Position numbers and translations under genes: made by a program | Shown here: in pieces, positions 1-9,378 of the stretch | Layout: each line of letters starts with the position of its first letter | How positions within the stretch are numbered: the stretch's first letter is position 1 | Source: a virus | DNA: 64,000 nucleotides | Direction: 5' to 3' (one strand) | IMG/VR virus record: IMGVR_UViG_3300037755_000497 | Coordinates: 32,001 to 96,000 of that record | The notes under the pieces: generated by a model | What the model was told of the DNA's origin: nothing | What the model saw: the letters and a program-made list of their open reading frames with translations, nothing else | Database searches by the model: none

Positions 1-758
1 ATTAAAGTTTGAAACAAAACCGCTAAATCTTTTGATGAACTAGAAAAAGTTAAAGACAGGTATTTATTTTTTTGTAAATGCACTGAACCATCAGTATCAA
101 TTAAACCAGCAATAAATCTTAATATAGATTCTCGATTCCAAGATAGAACTGTATCTTCTGGGAACGATTTCTGATAAGCGTATTTACCTTTTATTAAATT
201 ATCATAATGATTGCACTTAACAGGTTCAGGTTTTACACCTTTACCTTTTTTATTAGTTATAACATAGGTGTGATTACCTTCACTAGAATTTCTATAACAG
301 AATTTTGCCCCTAAGTCCTTCCTAACTTTTTCTGGTATTTTATCACTACTTGAAGATATATGTATTCCAGTTGTAATTTGTCTGGAACATCCATCACCAA
401 GTATAGCACCTATTGCATAAGCGTGTTCCTCATTTTTATCACCAAACTTGTAGTCAACAAATTTCTGAACAATTTTTAACTTCTGGTTCTTCTTTATTTC
501 ACTAATGTTACGTTCCATAACCTTGCCGTTTTTAATATTGTTTACAAGAAAAACGTGATCATCAGTTGGTGATGGCAACTGATGATGTCCATTACTCATG
601 ATATTAACAGTTTTTATCCCATTACTATGAACTTTTTTTACTTTAGATGGTGAAACAGTTCCATCACTGTTATAACCAAAAACTTCTTCACCAATTTTAA
701 GTTTATTAATTGGTTTTGGGCCACAAGGTGTTGCTACTAATGTTCCTTCTGCTAAACA
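1..758 (-). mobile_element. Intein with LAGLIDADG homing endonuclease in the RecA P-loop (partial)
   Basis: Block A CLAEGTLVATPCGPKPI at 758, block B-like TDDHVFL, and LAGLIDADG motifs AYAIGAILGDG and FIAGLIDTDGSV. Confidence 0.9.
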
Positions 759-1052
759 TTGGCTTGGCCCATGTATTTCCATAAAAATACCACCAGGAAT
801 TCCACCAGTTATATACTGCAATCCTTTATGGATAAATTTAATTAGGTACGGTATAAGGTCACCAACTTTACTAGTAACAATTTCAAATTCACTTTTTAAA
901 GATTTTAGTATAGATGCTTCGGCTTTCGTTATTTTAGCATCACCTTCGTTTTTTGAGGGTTTTTTGCTTTTTTTTGACTTGCTTTTCTTCTTCTTTACTT
1001 TCTTTTTTATTTCCAAGTTTTGTTTTGATGCTGACCTTTTTTTCACTTTCAT
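1..1052 (-). CDS. RecA/UvsX-like recombinase, 5' part, interrupted by an intein; runs off the window edge (not in ORF track)
   Basis: Manual translation from ATG at 1052 gives MKVKKRSASKQNLEIKKKVKKKK...LQYITGGIPGGIFMEIHGPSQ, matching the RecA GGxP-G-xxxEIxGP lead-in to the Walker A motif, then an intein start CLAEGTLV. Confidence 0.8.
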   Translation of the reverse strand, partial: MKVKKRSASKQNLEIKKKVKKKKSKSKKSKKPSKNEGDAKITKAEASILKSLKSEFEIVTSKVGDLIPYLIKFIHKGLQYITGGIPGGIFMEIHGPSQCLAEGTLVATPCGPKPINKLKIGEEVFGYNSDGTVSPSKVKKVHSNGIKTVNIMSNGHHQLPSPTDDHVFLVNNIKNGKVMERNISEIKKNQKLKIVQKFVDYKFGDKNEEHAYAIGAILGDGCSRQITTGIHISSSSDKIPEKVRKDLGAKFCYRNSSEGNHTYVITNKKGKGVKPEPVKCNHYDNLIKGKYAYQKSFPEDTVLSWNRESILRFIAGLIDTDGSVHLQKNKYLSLTFSSSSKDLAVLFQTL

Positions 1053-1965
1053 TTTTAACCTTCCTTGTTATCTTTTTAAATCTCATTTCAAATTCATCAA
1101 TCTGGTATAAAAGGCTTTGGAATTTATACTTCTTAAATATCTTCCTTACTTGGCTAAACCTTACCTTAGCCGCCTGTTCTTTTGATAACCTATATGCCTT
1201 TTGTATATCTCTTATGTCTTCGTCTTGAAGTATCGCACCTATAGCAATTAGATATTTATTTCTGTCTAAAATTTCTTGTTCATTCTGTTTTATTGGTAAC
1301 TTCTTTTTACCAGTTATCCCATTTAATATTATTCCAGTGGCCTTTACTGGGCCAATTCCATGTACACCATTAATATTATCTGATTTATCACCAACTAAAG
1401 ACTTCCAAAGTATGTAGTGTTTTGCTGGGAAACCAAGAAAAAGTTCTACTTTATTTTCACTTAACAGATATGGTCTGGATTTTTCACCTTTCTTTGCAAC
1501 AAGCCTTTTACCCTTTGGAAGGTACAGCTTAACTTTACCCTTAACTAATTGAATAAAATCTGTATCATTTGAAACAATTATTTTTTCACCTTTTAATTTT
1601 GTATTTGTAAGCCACCCAATAATGTCATCAGCTTCAATATCTTGCACCTGTATTTGTTTTACTGGAAGATGGTTGAATATTTCCATCAGTATTTCTTTAT
1701 TTTTAGCAATAGCTATTTTATCTTCTTCATTCCTGTTCTTATCTCTTTGTTGTTTGTATTCTGGGAATAGCTGTAACCTTCTTTTTGATTTCCCTAAGTC
1801 CCATGCAATAATAATACTATCTGGTTTAAATTTCTTCATTAAATTTGTTAGCATCTTCATCGAGTTAAAGGCACCGGAAATTCTTGTTCCTTTGCCATCT
1901 GTCAGCTTGGATGCGAAATGCGCCCTATAAATCAAGTTATTCGCATCAATTAATAAGTGTCTCAT
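940..1965 (-). CDS. 5'-3' exonuclease / flap endonuclease (PolI 5'-nuclease, T5 D15 / T4 RNase H family)
   Basis: Motifs LLIDANNLIYRAHFA, YKQQR, EADDIIG, SNDTDFIQL and GDKSDNINGVHGIGPVKA (H3TH). Confidence 0.93.
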   Translation of the reverse strand: MRHLLIDANNLIYRAHFASKLTDGKGTRISGAFNSMKMLTNLMKKFKPDSIIIAWDLGKSKRRLQLFPEYKQQRDKNRNEEDKIAIAKNKEILMEIFNHLPVKQIQVQDIEADDIIGWLTNTKLKGEKIIVSNDTDFIQLVKGKVKLYLPKGKRLVAKKGEKSRPYLLSENKVELFLGFPAKHYILWKSLVGDKSDNINGVHGIGPVKATGIILNGITGKKKLPIKQNEQEILDRNKYLIAIGAILQDEDIRDIQKAYRLSKEQAAKVRFSQVRKIFKKYKFQSLLYQIDEFEMRFKKITRKVKNESEKKVSIKTKLGNKKESKEEEKQVKKKQKTLKKRR

Positions 1966-1968
1966 TAC

Positions 1969-4146
1969 CTAACCTTCGTCTAAACTTTCTAATAATTGGT
2001 TGAAGAAGTTTTCTTTATTATCTTGCGGCTTATCTGTCACTATTTCTTCTTCACTAATTACGTTACCTTTTTCATCATACCTTGTTATCATTGGAACGCC
2101 TTCAAACTTCCCTTTCTTAGCGTTGTTTGCCATCTTATTTCTTGCTTTTGTTTTCTTAACTTCTTCTTCAAAATAATCATAAAATTTTGATGGTAGCTTA
2201 ACACCCATTTCTTCAATATAATGTGAAGGCCTAGTCTTCATATTATTGAATCTTTCATATATCGCTGAAATATAAAGTTCTTCCTTGGCCCTAGTTACTG
2301 CAACGTAGGCAATTCTTCTTTCTTCTTCAAAGTCATCAGCTTTGTAATGTGGCATTACTTTTTCACAGCAACCAAGTATAAATACTACTGGGAATTCCAT
2401 ACCTTTTGATTTGTGAATTGTTAAGCAATGAATAGCATCATCATCTTCATTTTCTTCAAATTCCATTGATTCAACAAATAGTATAAAATCTTGAGGATTC
2501 TTAAATCTTTCAGCACCAAATAATAATGAATTTAAATTCATACCTGTATCATTATCCGGTTCTTCATCAGCACTTTCTAATTCTTTATTCAACCATCTAA
2601 GGTAACCAGTTTCTTCAATTATTTCTTCAAATATTTCCTTAGTTGTTATTTCTGATGTTTCAATTTTTTTTGAAAGCATAGTAATCATATCAACGAAACG
2701 TTTAGCTTGGCTTGATTGTGTTGCACCCATATTCAAATCTGGCCAACGTTGTAATGCTTGCCAAAAAGTTTCGTAACCGTTATCAAACATTATTTCTTCG
2801 ATTTTATCTATAAACTTACCGCCAAGGAATCTAGCTGGTCTATTTATAATTCTCCTAAAATCTTCTGGTTCGGCCATATTTGGGTGGTAACATATTTTCA
2901 AGTAAGCAAGCATGTCTTTTACTTCCTTCCTGTCATAGAAACCTTCTTTAGAGTAAACTTTGTGTGGGATGTGGTTTATAATAAAATTATCAACAATAGC
3001 CCTGGACTGGGCATTAGTTCTATAAAGGATTGCTATATCATTTAAGTTATAACCATCAACAATCATACATTCTATTTTATCAAGAATGTTCCTTGCTTCT
3101 TCTTCAACATCCATAGACATAATTACTTCTGGTTCTTTACCATTAGCATTATCAGTAAAAAGGTTTTTCCATATTTGTGTGGTGTTATGCTTAATTAACT
3201 TATTCCCAGCACTAACTATTTCTGGGCTTGATCTATAATTTTGTTCCAACTTGATAATGGTTGGTTTATATTTATCCTGAAATTCTTGTATATAACTAAT
3301 TTTTGCACCCCTGAATCCATACAAACACTGGTAATCATCAAGTACAATCGTCATATTCTTACCATTTGATATTAAATCAAATAACATAAACTGAATTTTA
3401 TTTAAGTCTTGTGCTTCATCAATAAATATATGCTCGATTCTTTTTTTTAACCTTTCTAAAAATTTAACATTCTTAGTCTTAATTAACTCATAATAAGTCT
3501 TAATTAAAAAATCGTCAAAATCAATTCGTTTCTGGGAAGACAGTTCCTTTTGATACTCTTTATAAGCTTGAATAAACGTACCTTCCCTTGTGAACTTCCA
3601 GTCCTTGTTCGTCTTAGGGTCTGAATCATATATTTCAATTTTAAATTCCTTTATATGTGCTTCCAAGTCTTTAACTCTTTTACCCTCATTCTTCCAATAG
3701 GATATTTTACTAAGTATCGACTTAATATCTTTAGTAGCAAATCTATTTCTATAATTATCATAAGAATATTTATTAATAATTTTTACCATTGTCATCCAAC
3801 GGCCACCACCCATAATAAGTTTGGGGTGTTCATGCTTATTTTGCCATTCCCTTAAATCTTTAAATATCCTTAAAAATAGCGAATGTGACGTTCCAAGTTT
3901 TAATCTATCAGTTTTATTTCCTATGATTAATTCTAACCTATCACACATTTCATCAGCTGCTTTCTTGGTAAAAGTTGTTACAAAAATGCGTGATGGTAAA
4001 CTACCATTCTTTATTATATAAGCTATTTTAGAGGTTAACATTTTTGTTTTTCCAGCCCCGGCCCCAGCAACAACCATTAATGAATTGTCTTCACTATATA
4101 CAACCGCTTCTTTTTGATTTTTGTTTAACCCTTTAAGAATTTTCAT
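1969..4146 (-). CDS. UvrD/PcrA-family SF1 DNA helicase
   Basis: LNKNQKEAV, AGAGAGKT, TFTKKAA, DEAQD, YGFRGA, LEQNYRS, ILYRTNAQSR, TIHKSKGMEF, EERRIAYVAVTRAK. Confidence 0.96.
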   Translation of the reverse strand: MKILKGLNKNQKEAVVYSEDNSLMVVAGAGAGKTKMLTSKIAYIIKNGSLPSRIFVTTFTKKAADEMCDRLELIIGNKTDRLKLGTSHSLFLRIFKDLREWQNKHEHPKLIMGGGRWMTMVKIINKYSYDNYRNRFATKDIKSILSKISYWKNEGKRVKDLEAHIKEFKIEIYDSDPKTNKDWKFTREGTFIQAYKEYQKELSSQKRIDFDDFLIKTYYELIKTKNVKFLERLKKRIEHIFIDEAQDLNKIQFMLFDLISNGKNMTIVLDDYQCLYGFRGAKISYIQEFQDKYKPTIIKLEQNYRSSPEIVSAGNKLIKHNTTQIWKNLFTDNANGKEPEVIMSMDVEEEARNILDKIECMIVDGYNLNDIAILYRTNAQSRAIVDNFIINHIPHKVYSKEGFYDRKEVKDMLAYLKICYHPNMAEPEDFRRIINRPARFLGGKFIDKIEEIMFDNGYETFWQALQRWPDLNMGATQSSQAKRFVDMITMLSKKIETSEITTKEIFEEIIEETGYLRWLNKELESADEEPDNDTGMNLNSLLFGAERFKNPQDFILFVESMEFEENEDDDAIHCLTIHKSKGMEFPVVFILGCCEKVMPHYKADDFEEERRIAYVAVTRAKEELYISAIYERFNNMKTRPSHYIEEMGVKLPSKFYDYFEEEVKKTKARNKMANNAKKGKFEGVPMITRYDEKGNVISEEEIVTDKPQDNKENFFNQLLESLDEG

Positions 4147-4751
4147 ATATACCTAAGTTTAAATCTTACACCGTTGCATATACCCTCTAAATTATTTGTA
4201 ATCATTCTTGAAGCATACTTTTTGCACTTCCCTAATCTGGCACTTGCTAGATATGATGAAGCAAATTTTTCTACTTCACCCGTACTTAAATTAATTATTT
4301 CAACAGGTTTTCTTCGTTTTTGTGATTGCTTGTAAGCGGCTTGTCTTTTTTTAGTGGTTATCGTTGTTAATGCCGCATTTTCTTTTCTTTCTAATAATAT
4401 ACAATTACCAATACGGTAATTACCTAAATCATTATTTCTGGAGACAACAGGGTCAAGCCAAGTTTCTCTTTTTAATATTTCTGATAAATACCAATTTATA
4501 AACTCACGATGCCCCCATAAATGTTTTACATTTCTTGCACCATAATCTTTATATGCTATGTTCCTAATATCAGTGCATCTGCCACGTTGTGCCCTGAATG
4601 AATCATAGGCCTTTTTAATTATAAAATTTTTACTTGTAGTTGGGTTCCCAACAAAGTACCATTTTTCGTCAAACACGAAATCAGAATCAGTTTTAAAAGA
4701 AGCGATAACTTCCTTACTTGTGATCAATTTTCCATTACCGCTTCTATTCAT
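4143..4751 (-). CDS. HNH-like homing endonuclease with C-terminal NUMOD1-like domain, possibly degenerate
   Basis: RC..YKDYGAR..W..F..W..VVSRNNDLGNYRIGNC pattern of phage HNH proteins; C-terminal KPVEIINLSTGEVEKFASSYLASARLG. Confidence 0.7.
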   Translation of the reverse strand: MNRSGNGKLITSKEVIASFKTDSDFVFDEKWYFVGNPTTSKNFIIKKAYDSFRAQRGRCTDIRNIAYKDYGARNVKHLWGHREFINWYLSEILKRETWLDPVVSRNNDLGNYRIGNCILLERKENAALTTITTKKRQAAYKQSQKRRKPVEIINLSTGEVEKFASSYLASARLGKCKKYASRMITNNLEGICNGVRFKLRYI

Positions 4752-4760
4752 AACATTACC

Positions 4761-5951
4761 TTATTTCTTTTTCTTGCCTGACTTTGATTTAGGCTTTTTC
4801 TTATCTTTACTCTTTTTTTCTACTTTCTTTTTGCCTTTAGATTTCTTTTTAGGCTTTTCGTCTTCATCGTCATCGTCTTCATCGTCTTCATCGTCTTCAT
4901 CGTCTTCATCGTCTTCATCGTCTTCGTCATCGTCTTCGTCTTCATCATCATCGTCATCATCATCGTCATCATCATCGTCTTCATCTTCGTCATCATCATC
5001 GTCTTCATCATCATCGTCTTCATCATCATCGTCTTCATCATCATCATCTTCGTCTTCATCATCGCTATCAACTTCAACGTCATCATCTTCGTCTTCGTCA
5101 TCGCCATCAACTTCAACGTCATCATCTTCGTCTTCGTCACTTTCAACTTTTATTTTGCTACCCTTTTTTAACTCTTTTAAAAGTTTTTCAAGTGCTTTCA
5201 TAGAAAATGTTGGTTCAAGTTTTTCTAAATCTTCCATCTGGCCAATAACTTCTTCGTCACTTTCAAATGCACCTGATTTTAAAAGTTCAGCTGATTTACC
5301 CCATTTGGTATCTTTGTATCTTCTCATGACACTTTTCTTACCATTATGGGTAATAATCATTGCTTTACCCTTATCCAAATTAAAAAACTTTTTAAGGCTT
5401 GTTGTTTCGTCATCCATTTTTTCCATGAATTCTTCAAACACATCTTTAGCAAGCCTTAGAACTTGTACACATTTATCTGTAACGTCTTTAACTTTACCCT
5501 TCTTACCTTCTTTCAGTTTTACAGCGTTAACATAGTAAGAAGTTTGTTGCATAAAAGGTTTGTGCGCTTGGCTTTCCTTCTTTGACATCTTTTTGCCACT
5601 TTCTTCTTTTTCTTTAATTTTGTTATAAATTTCAAAACCGTATTCACAAACTGGACAATCTTCATCGTAGGCCCTAGCACAAGTAACTGGTTTACCAATT
5701 AATTTATTGCCCTTTCTTTGCTGGTGAATCATAGTCATTTTATAAGGTAGATCATTCTTAGAACCGGGGTAAGGTGGTAGGGGCATAACATGCGTTTCTA
5801 CACAATCTAATTTCATGTAGTCTGTACTATTACCGCTTTTCTTCTCACGTGATTTCTTAACACCACTTTTTAATTTCTTTTCATCATAATCAAATGATAG
5901 CTTGTTACTAGCTTTCTTCTTTTCTTTTTTGTCTTTTGACTTCTTAGCCAT
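4761..5951 (-). CDS. Single-stranded DNA-binding protein (T4 gp32-like) with ~95-residue Asp/Glu tract and Lys-rich termini
   Basis: PLPP...H...TC...DCPVCE...YYVNAV pattern typical of phage gp32-like SSBs; located between UvsY-like and helicase genes; acidic tail. Confidence 0.7.
   Translation of the reverse strand: MAKKSKDKKEKKKASNKLSFDYDEKKLKSGVKKSREKKSGNSTDYMKLDCVETHVMPLPPYPGSKNDLPYKMTMIHQQRKGNKLIGKPVTCARAYDEDCPVCEYGFEIYNKIKEKEESGKKMSKKESQAHKPFMQQTSYYVNAVKLKEGKKGKVKDVTDKCVQVLRLAKDVFEEFMEKMDDETTSLKKFFNLDKGKAMIITHNGKKSVMRRYKDTKWGKSAELLKSGAFESDEEVIGQMEDLEKLEPTFSMKALEKLLKELKKGSKIKVESDEDEDDDVEVDGDDEDEDDDVEVDSDDEDEDDDDEDDDDEDDDDEDDDDDEDEDDDDDDDDDDDDEDEDDDEDDEDDEDDEDDEDDEDDDDEDEKPKKKSKGKKKVEKKSKDKKKPKSKSGKKKK
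4858..5143. repeat. Imperfect trinucleotide/nonanucleotide repeat encoding the poly-Asp/Glu tract
   Basis: Mixed TCA/TCG/TCT triplets, e.g. (TCTTCATCG)n. Confidence 0.95.
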
Positions 5952-5978
5952 TTGATACCTCTTTTTTTGTTGTTAACG

Positions 5979-6419
5979 TTATTTTTTTCTTCTTATATTG
6001 CCCTTAACTTCTGCCCTTTTGTTATTGGCTATATTTGTTAATTGTTGCCCCTTTTCTTTCATTGATGTGGTTGCTGACTTACATATATTGTAAACATAAT
6101 TTGCTTCAATAAGAAAATCTTCGGCTTCATTTACAGCACTATCTAATTCTACGTTAGCTTGAACTTGTGGTATATTTAATGGTTTCCCTTTGTTTTTCTT
6201 TTTAGACCATTTTAAAATTGCTTTGGCCCTTGCTTGTTTCAATTGCTTTTCGGCCATTTCTTTAATAGCAATGGCTTCACCAAAACTAAGACCAGTGTTG
6301 TTCATGCTGGAAGATAATTCAATTATTTCTTTGTCAATATTTGAGGCGTTTATCTTAACCCTTTCCTTAAATTTATCAACTTTCTTTTTGTATTTGTTTT
6401 TTACTTTTATAATATCCAT
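5979..6419 (-). CDS. UvsY-like recombination mediator (helical)
   Basis: 146-aa coiled protein with NIPQVQANVELD motif, between Pol and SSB; genome also encodes RecA and a UvsW-like helicase. Confidence 0.55.
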   Translation of the reverse strand: MDIIKVKNKYKKKVDKFKERVKINASNIDKEIIELSSSMNNTGLSFGEAIAIKEMAEKQLKQARAKAILKWSKKKNKGKPLNIPQVQANVELDSAVNEAEDFLIEANYVYNICKSATTSMKEKGQQLTNIANNKRAEVKGNIRRKK

Positions 6420-6420
6420 A

Positions 6421-9108
6421 TTATTTTGCCTTCTTTGCTAATTCTTCAATACTAAATTTTTCACCGTACCAGCAATCATATAAATCAAAATCTACAACTA
6501 AAGGAACTTTCCATTTCCCTTCGCCTAAAACTCTTTCCATAGTTTGATGGCAAAGTTCCTTTACAATTTTCATTTCACTTTTTGGCCCTTCACCAACAAG
6601 ACCATCGTGAATTGACAAAAGAATTCTTGATTTTAATTTTCTTTTCCTTAACTCTTTTTCTAACTTCAATTTACCCTCAACATAGATTTCATTAGCGTAA
6701 CCCTGAATTGGGAAGTTCATTGCTTGCCTATGAATAGCACCTATATCAAAATCACGCTTCTTACAGTCTTGCGAGTGTTCAGAATTGAACCATTCTGATG
6801 CAGCTGTAAATCTTCTTTTTCTACCTGTTTCTGGTAACTCAAAAAGGCCTACATCAATTGATTGGTCACATATTTCTTCACGCCAATCATGCAAGTAATG
6901 GTACTTCTCAAAGTAAATATCTATCATGTCCTGAACATCTTCAACGTCCATACTAAATTGCTGGGCTAAAGTGTTGGCATCCATACCATAGTTAAGTCCA
7001 AAACCAAGTGTTTTTGCGAAAACCCTATGTTCATCAAATATACTTGATAACAATATTTTATTTTCAATTGATTTTAATTTCTTCTTATTCTTCCTATACT
7101 TTTCTTCCCAATTTTTTGGTGGCTTGTAGCTTCTTATTTTTGCAAATTTTTCTTCTGTCATATCCTTATCAAGGAAACCCAATGTAGTGCCAAACTTAAC
7201 AACGTTCCTTGTATGTAGATCAACACCTTGTTGTATTTCTTTAATCATGGTCTTATCTTTTGATAAGAACGCACCTACCCTTAATTCCAACTGTGCAAAG
7301 TCAGCTGAAAATAGAATCCAATTCTTTTTCTTCGTTTTAAACAATTGCCTAATATTAGCATCTGGAAAAAGTGGGTTAGGCCTTGGTATATTTTGAAGGT
7401 TTGGTTCACTTGATGACATCCTTCCAGTTCTTGGCGTGTGAATATTCCAACTACCATGAATGAAACCTTTATCATCTACTGATTGGAGTAAACCGCTTTC
7501 GCCATCTTTACCATCAAGGAACGTCTTCTTCATTGTTGAAAGACTTCTATGCAATAATATCAATTTTGGTATCTTTGCGTATTTTCTTTTCCTTGCAAAT
7601 TTTTCTAAAGTATCAGCACCAACCGAGTAACCTTTTTTACCACGCTTAATTCCCATTTCTTCAAATGGGTAATCTTTAGATTCAAAGTAGGCCAGAAGTT
7701 GGTCTGGTGAATTCAGGTTTAAATCTTTTATCTTTGTTGCTTTTCTTACTTTACTTTCTATGTCAATAATTTTTGCATCAAAAAGCCTACCAATTTCTTT
7801 TAATCTTTCAACGCCAAACTTCATCCCACGGTATTCACAATCGGTCATTAATTGAGTTAATGGCATTTGCCTATCAAAAAATAATTTTTCTAGTTTTTCT
7901 TTTTTTAATTCTTTTCTAATTTTTTTCTCAAGCCTATTATTGCCACAAACGTCAATTGCAAGATATTTGCAAATCATTAAAGGTGGAATGAATTGATAGG
8001 ATTTTTTATTCTTATGTGATTTGTTTGTGTACGGCCACAGAAGTGTATCGTAAGCACCGTAGTTAATTCCCCTTAACTTCATGCAAGTATTCAAATCGTG
8101 CTTTTTGTTTTCATCAATAAGCGCATCGCCTATGATGGTATCAAAGTCAAAATTTTTATATGGAATTTTATTTTTCCTACCAAATTTTTGGTCGAACTTT
8201 CCATTATGAAGTGTCTTTTTTGCTTTAGATGCATTAACCCTTCCTACAGTAGCAAAAATTCTTTTCTTGTTCGCCTTTACAAATTTATTTATTTTCTTTG
8301 CTAACTTTCTATCTTCATCTGTCCATAGTTTGTGATTCATGTGAATATCTTCATATTCAAGCATAGGTACTATTGTTGCAAATTTTCCGTTATCAGCATA
8401 ACCAGCGTTAATTATTTTGTGCTTATAAAATTTTAATCCTGTAGTTTCGTAATCTGTGTTGAACCTTTCAACGTTTGAATAGTATTCTTCAAATTCTCTT
8501 AAATCTTTTTTTGATAACACTAATTTAAATTCTGGGTCTTTGGTTCTTCCATCATCACCAGTTTTTGCAAATTTTTTTGCTTTCTTCAAATCATTGATAA
8601 TATAATCGTCAAATTCCCATTTTGTTAAAGCTGAAACTGGTGAATAGGTTGGTATTATTTTTGTTGAAAATGTCCTTTCTTTTTTCTTATATTTGTAATC
8701 AATATCAAAATCATCAATGTGCCCCTGGAAATCACCAATGGTATTTTCATTCATTAATTGCATCAATGGTGCTTTACCCATACAAACAATTATCTTTGGC
8801 CTTACTTCCAGAATTTCTTTGGCTATATGACTTTGACAAGCTACAACGTGCTTCTTCCCAATATCACTTGGCTTGAATGCTTTACATTTAACTGCAAATG
8901 TTAAGTAAACATCATCACGATTGATTCCAGCTTTTTCTAAAAGGTAGTTTAATTTTGAACCGCCATCACCAGAAAATGGTTCACCAGTCTTGTCATCTGT
9001 AAATGAAGGGCAATCACCCACTAGCATGATACTAGCTTTAGAAGGGCCAACGCCTTCCATACAATTTGTATCACATTTATAAGCTAAATCACAATTATCG
9101 CAAAACAT
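6421..9108 (-). CDS. Family A DNA polymerase with N-terminal family-4 uracil-DNA glycosylase-like domain and 3'-5' exonuclease (SPO1-like architecture)
   Basis: CxxC...GEPFSG..G (UDG4); DYETTGL, HNGKFD, YLAID (Exo I-III); TGRMSSSEPNLQNIP, ADFAQLELR, AKTLGFGLNYG, NFPIQG, IHD. Confidence 0.96.
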   Translation of the reverse strand: MFCDNCDLAYKCDTNCMEGVGPSKASIMLVGDCPSFTDDKTGEPFSGDGGSKLNYLLEKAGINRDDVYLTFAVKCKAFKPSDIGKKHVVACQSHIAKEILEVRPKIIVCMGKAPLMQLMNENTIGDFQGHIDDFDIDYKYKKKERTFSTKIIPTYSPVSALTKWEFDDYIINDLKKAKKFAKTGDDGRTKDPEFKLVLSKKDLREFEEYYSNVERFNTDYETTGLKFYKHKIINAGYADNGKFATIVPMLEYEDIHMNHKLWTDEDRKLAKKINKFVKANKKRIFATVGRVNASKAKKTLHNGKFDQKFGRKNKIPYKNFDFDTIIGDALIDENKKHDLNTCMKLRGINYGAYDTLLWPYTNKSHKNKKSYQFIPPLMICKYLAIDVCGNNRLEKKIRKELKKEKLEKLFFDRQMPLTQLMTDCEYRGMKFGVERLKEIGRLFDAKIIDIESKVRKATKIKDLNLNSPDQLLAYFESKDYPFEEMGIKRGKKGYSVGADTLEKFARKRKYAKIPKLILLHRSLSTMKKTFLDGKDGESGLLQSVDDKGFIHGSWNIHTPRTGRMSSSEPNLQNIPRPNPLFPDANIRQLFKTKKKNWILFSADFAQLELRVGAFLSKDKTMIKEIQQGVDLHTRNVVKFGTTLGFLDKDMTEEKFAKIRSYKPPKNWEEKYRKNKKKLKSIENKILLSSIFDEHRVFAKTLGFGLNYGMDANTLAQQFSMDVEDVQDMIDIYFEKYHYLHDWREEICDQSIDVGLFELPETGRKRRFTAASEWFNSEHSQDCKKRDFDIGAIHRQAMNFPIQGYANEIYVEGKLKLEKELRKRKLKSRILLSIHDGLVGEGPKSEMKIVKELCHQTMERVLGEGKWKVPLVVDFDLYDCWYGEKFSIEELAKKAK

Positions 9109-9120
9109 AAACCTACACCA

Positions 9121-9378
9121 TCACCCTTGTTCAGAGTAGTAATTTAAACGCTCTAATGTCTCAAAGTCAACATCATCTTCTGATGATAACCTTATTTTTT
9201 TCTCGGCCTTCCTAAGTGACATTTGAACTGTTTTCTTGGCCCTTTTTAACGCATCACTTACTTTTTCTTTGTTCTTGACATTAGTTGAATAAGATATGTG
9301 TACATCCCGACTTTCGTAGTCACCAATTTGCACTTTCACACCTTCGCTATAACTAATCCTATCTAATTCATCACCCAT
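9121..9378 (-). CDS. Small hypothetical phage protein
   Basis: Tightly packed in the operon; VQIGDYESRDV resembles a common small phage protein. Confidence 0.7.
   Translation of the reverse strand: MGDELDRISYSEGVKVQIGDYESRDVHISYSTNVKNKEKVSDALKRAKKTVQMSLRKAEKKIRLSSEDDVDFETLERLNYYSEQG

Noticed and set aside
4720-5535. Plus-strand poly-Ser ORF and the alternate-frame Met/Lys/Thr ORF 4820..5146
   Set aside because: Shadow frames of the Asp/Glu codon repeat; no independent coding signal.
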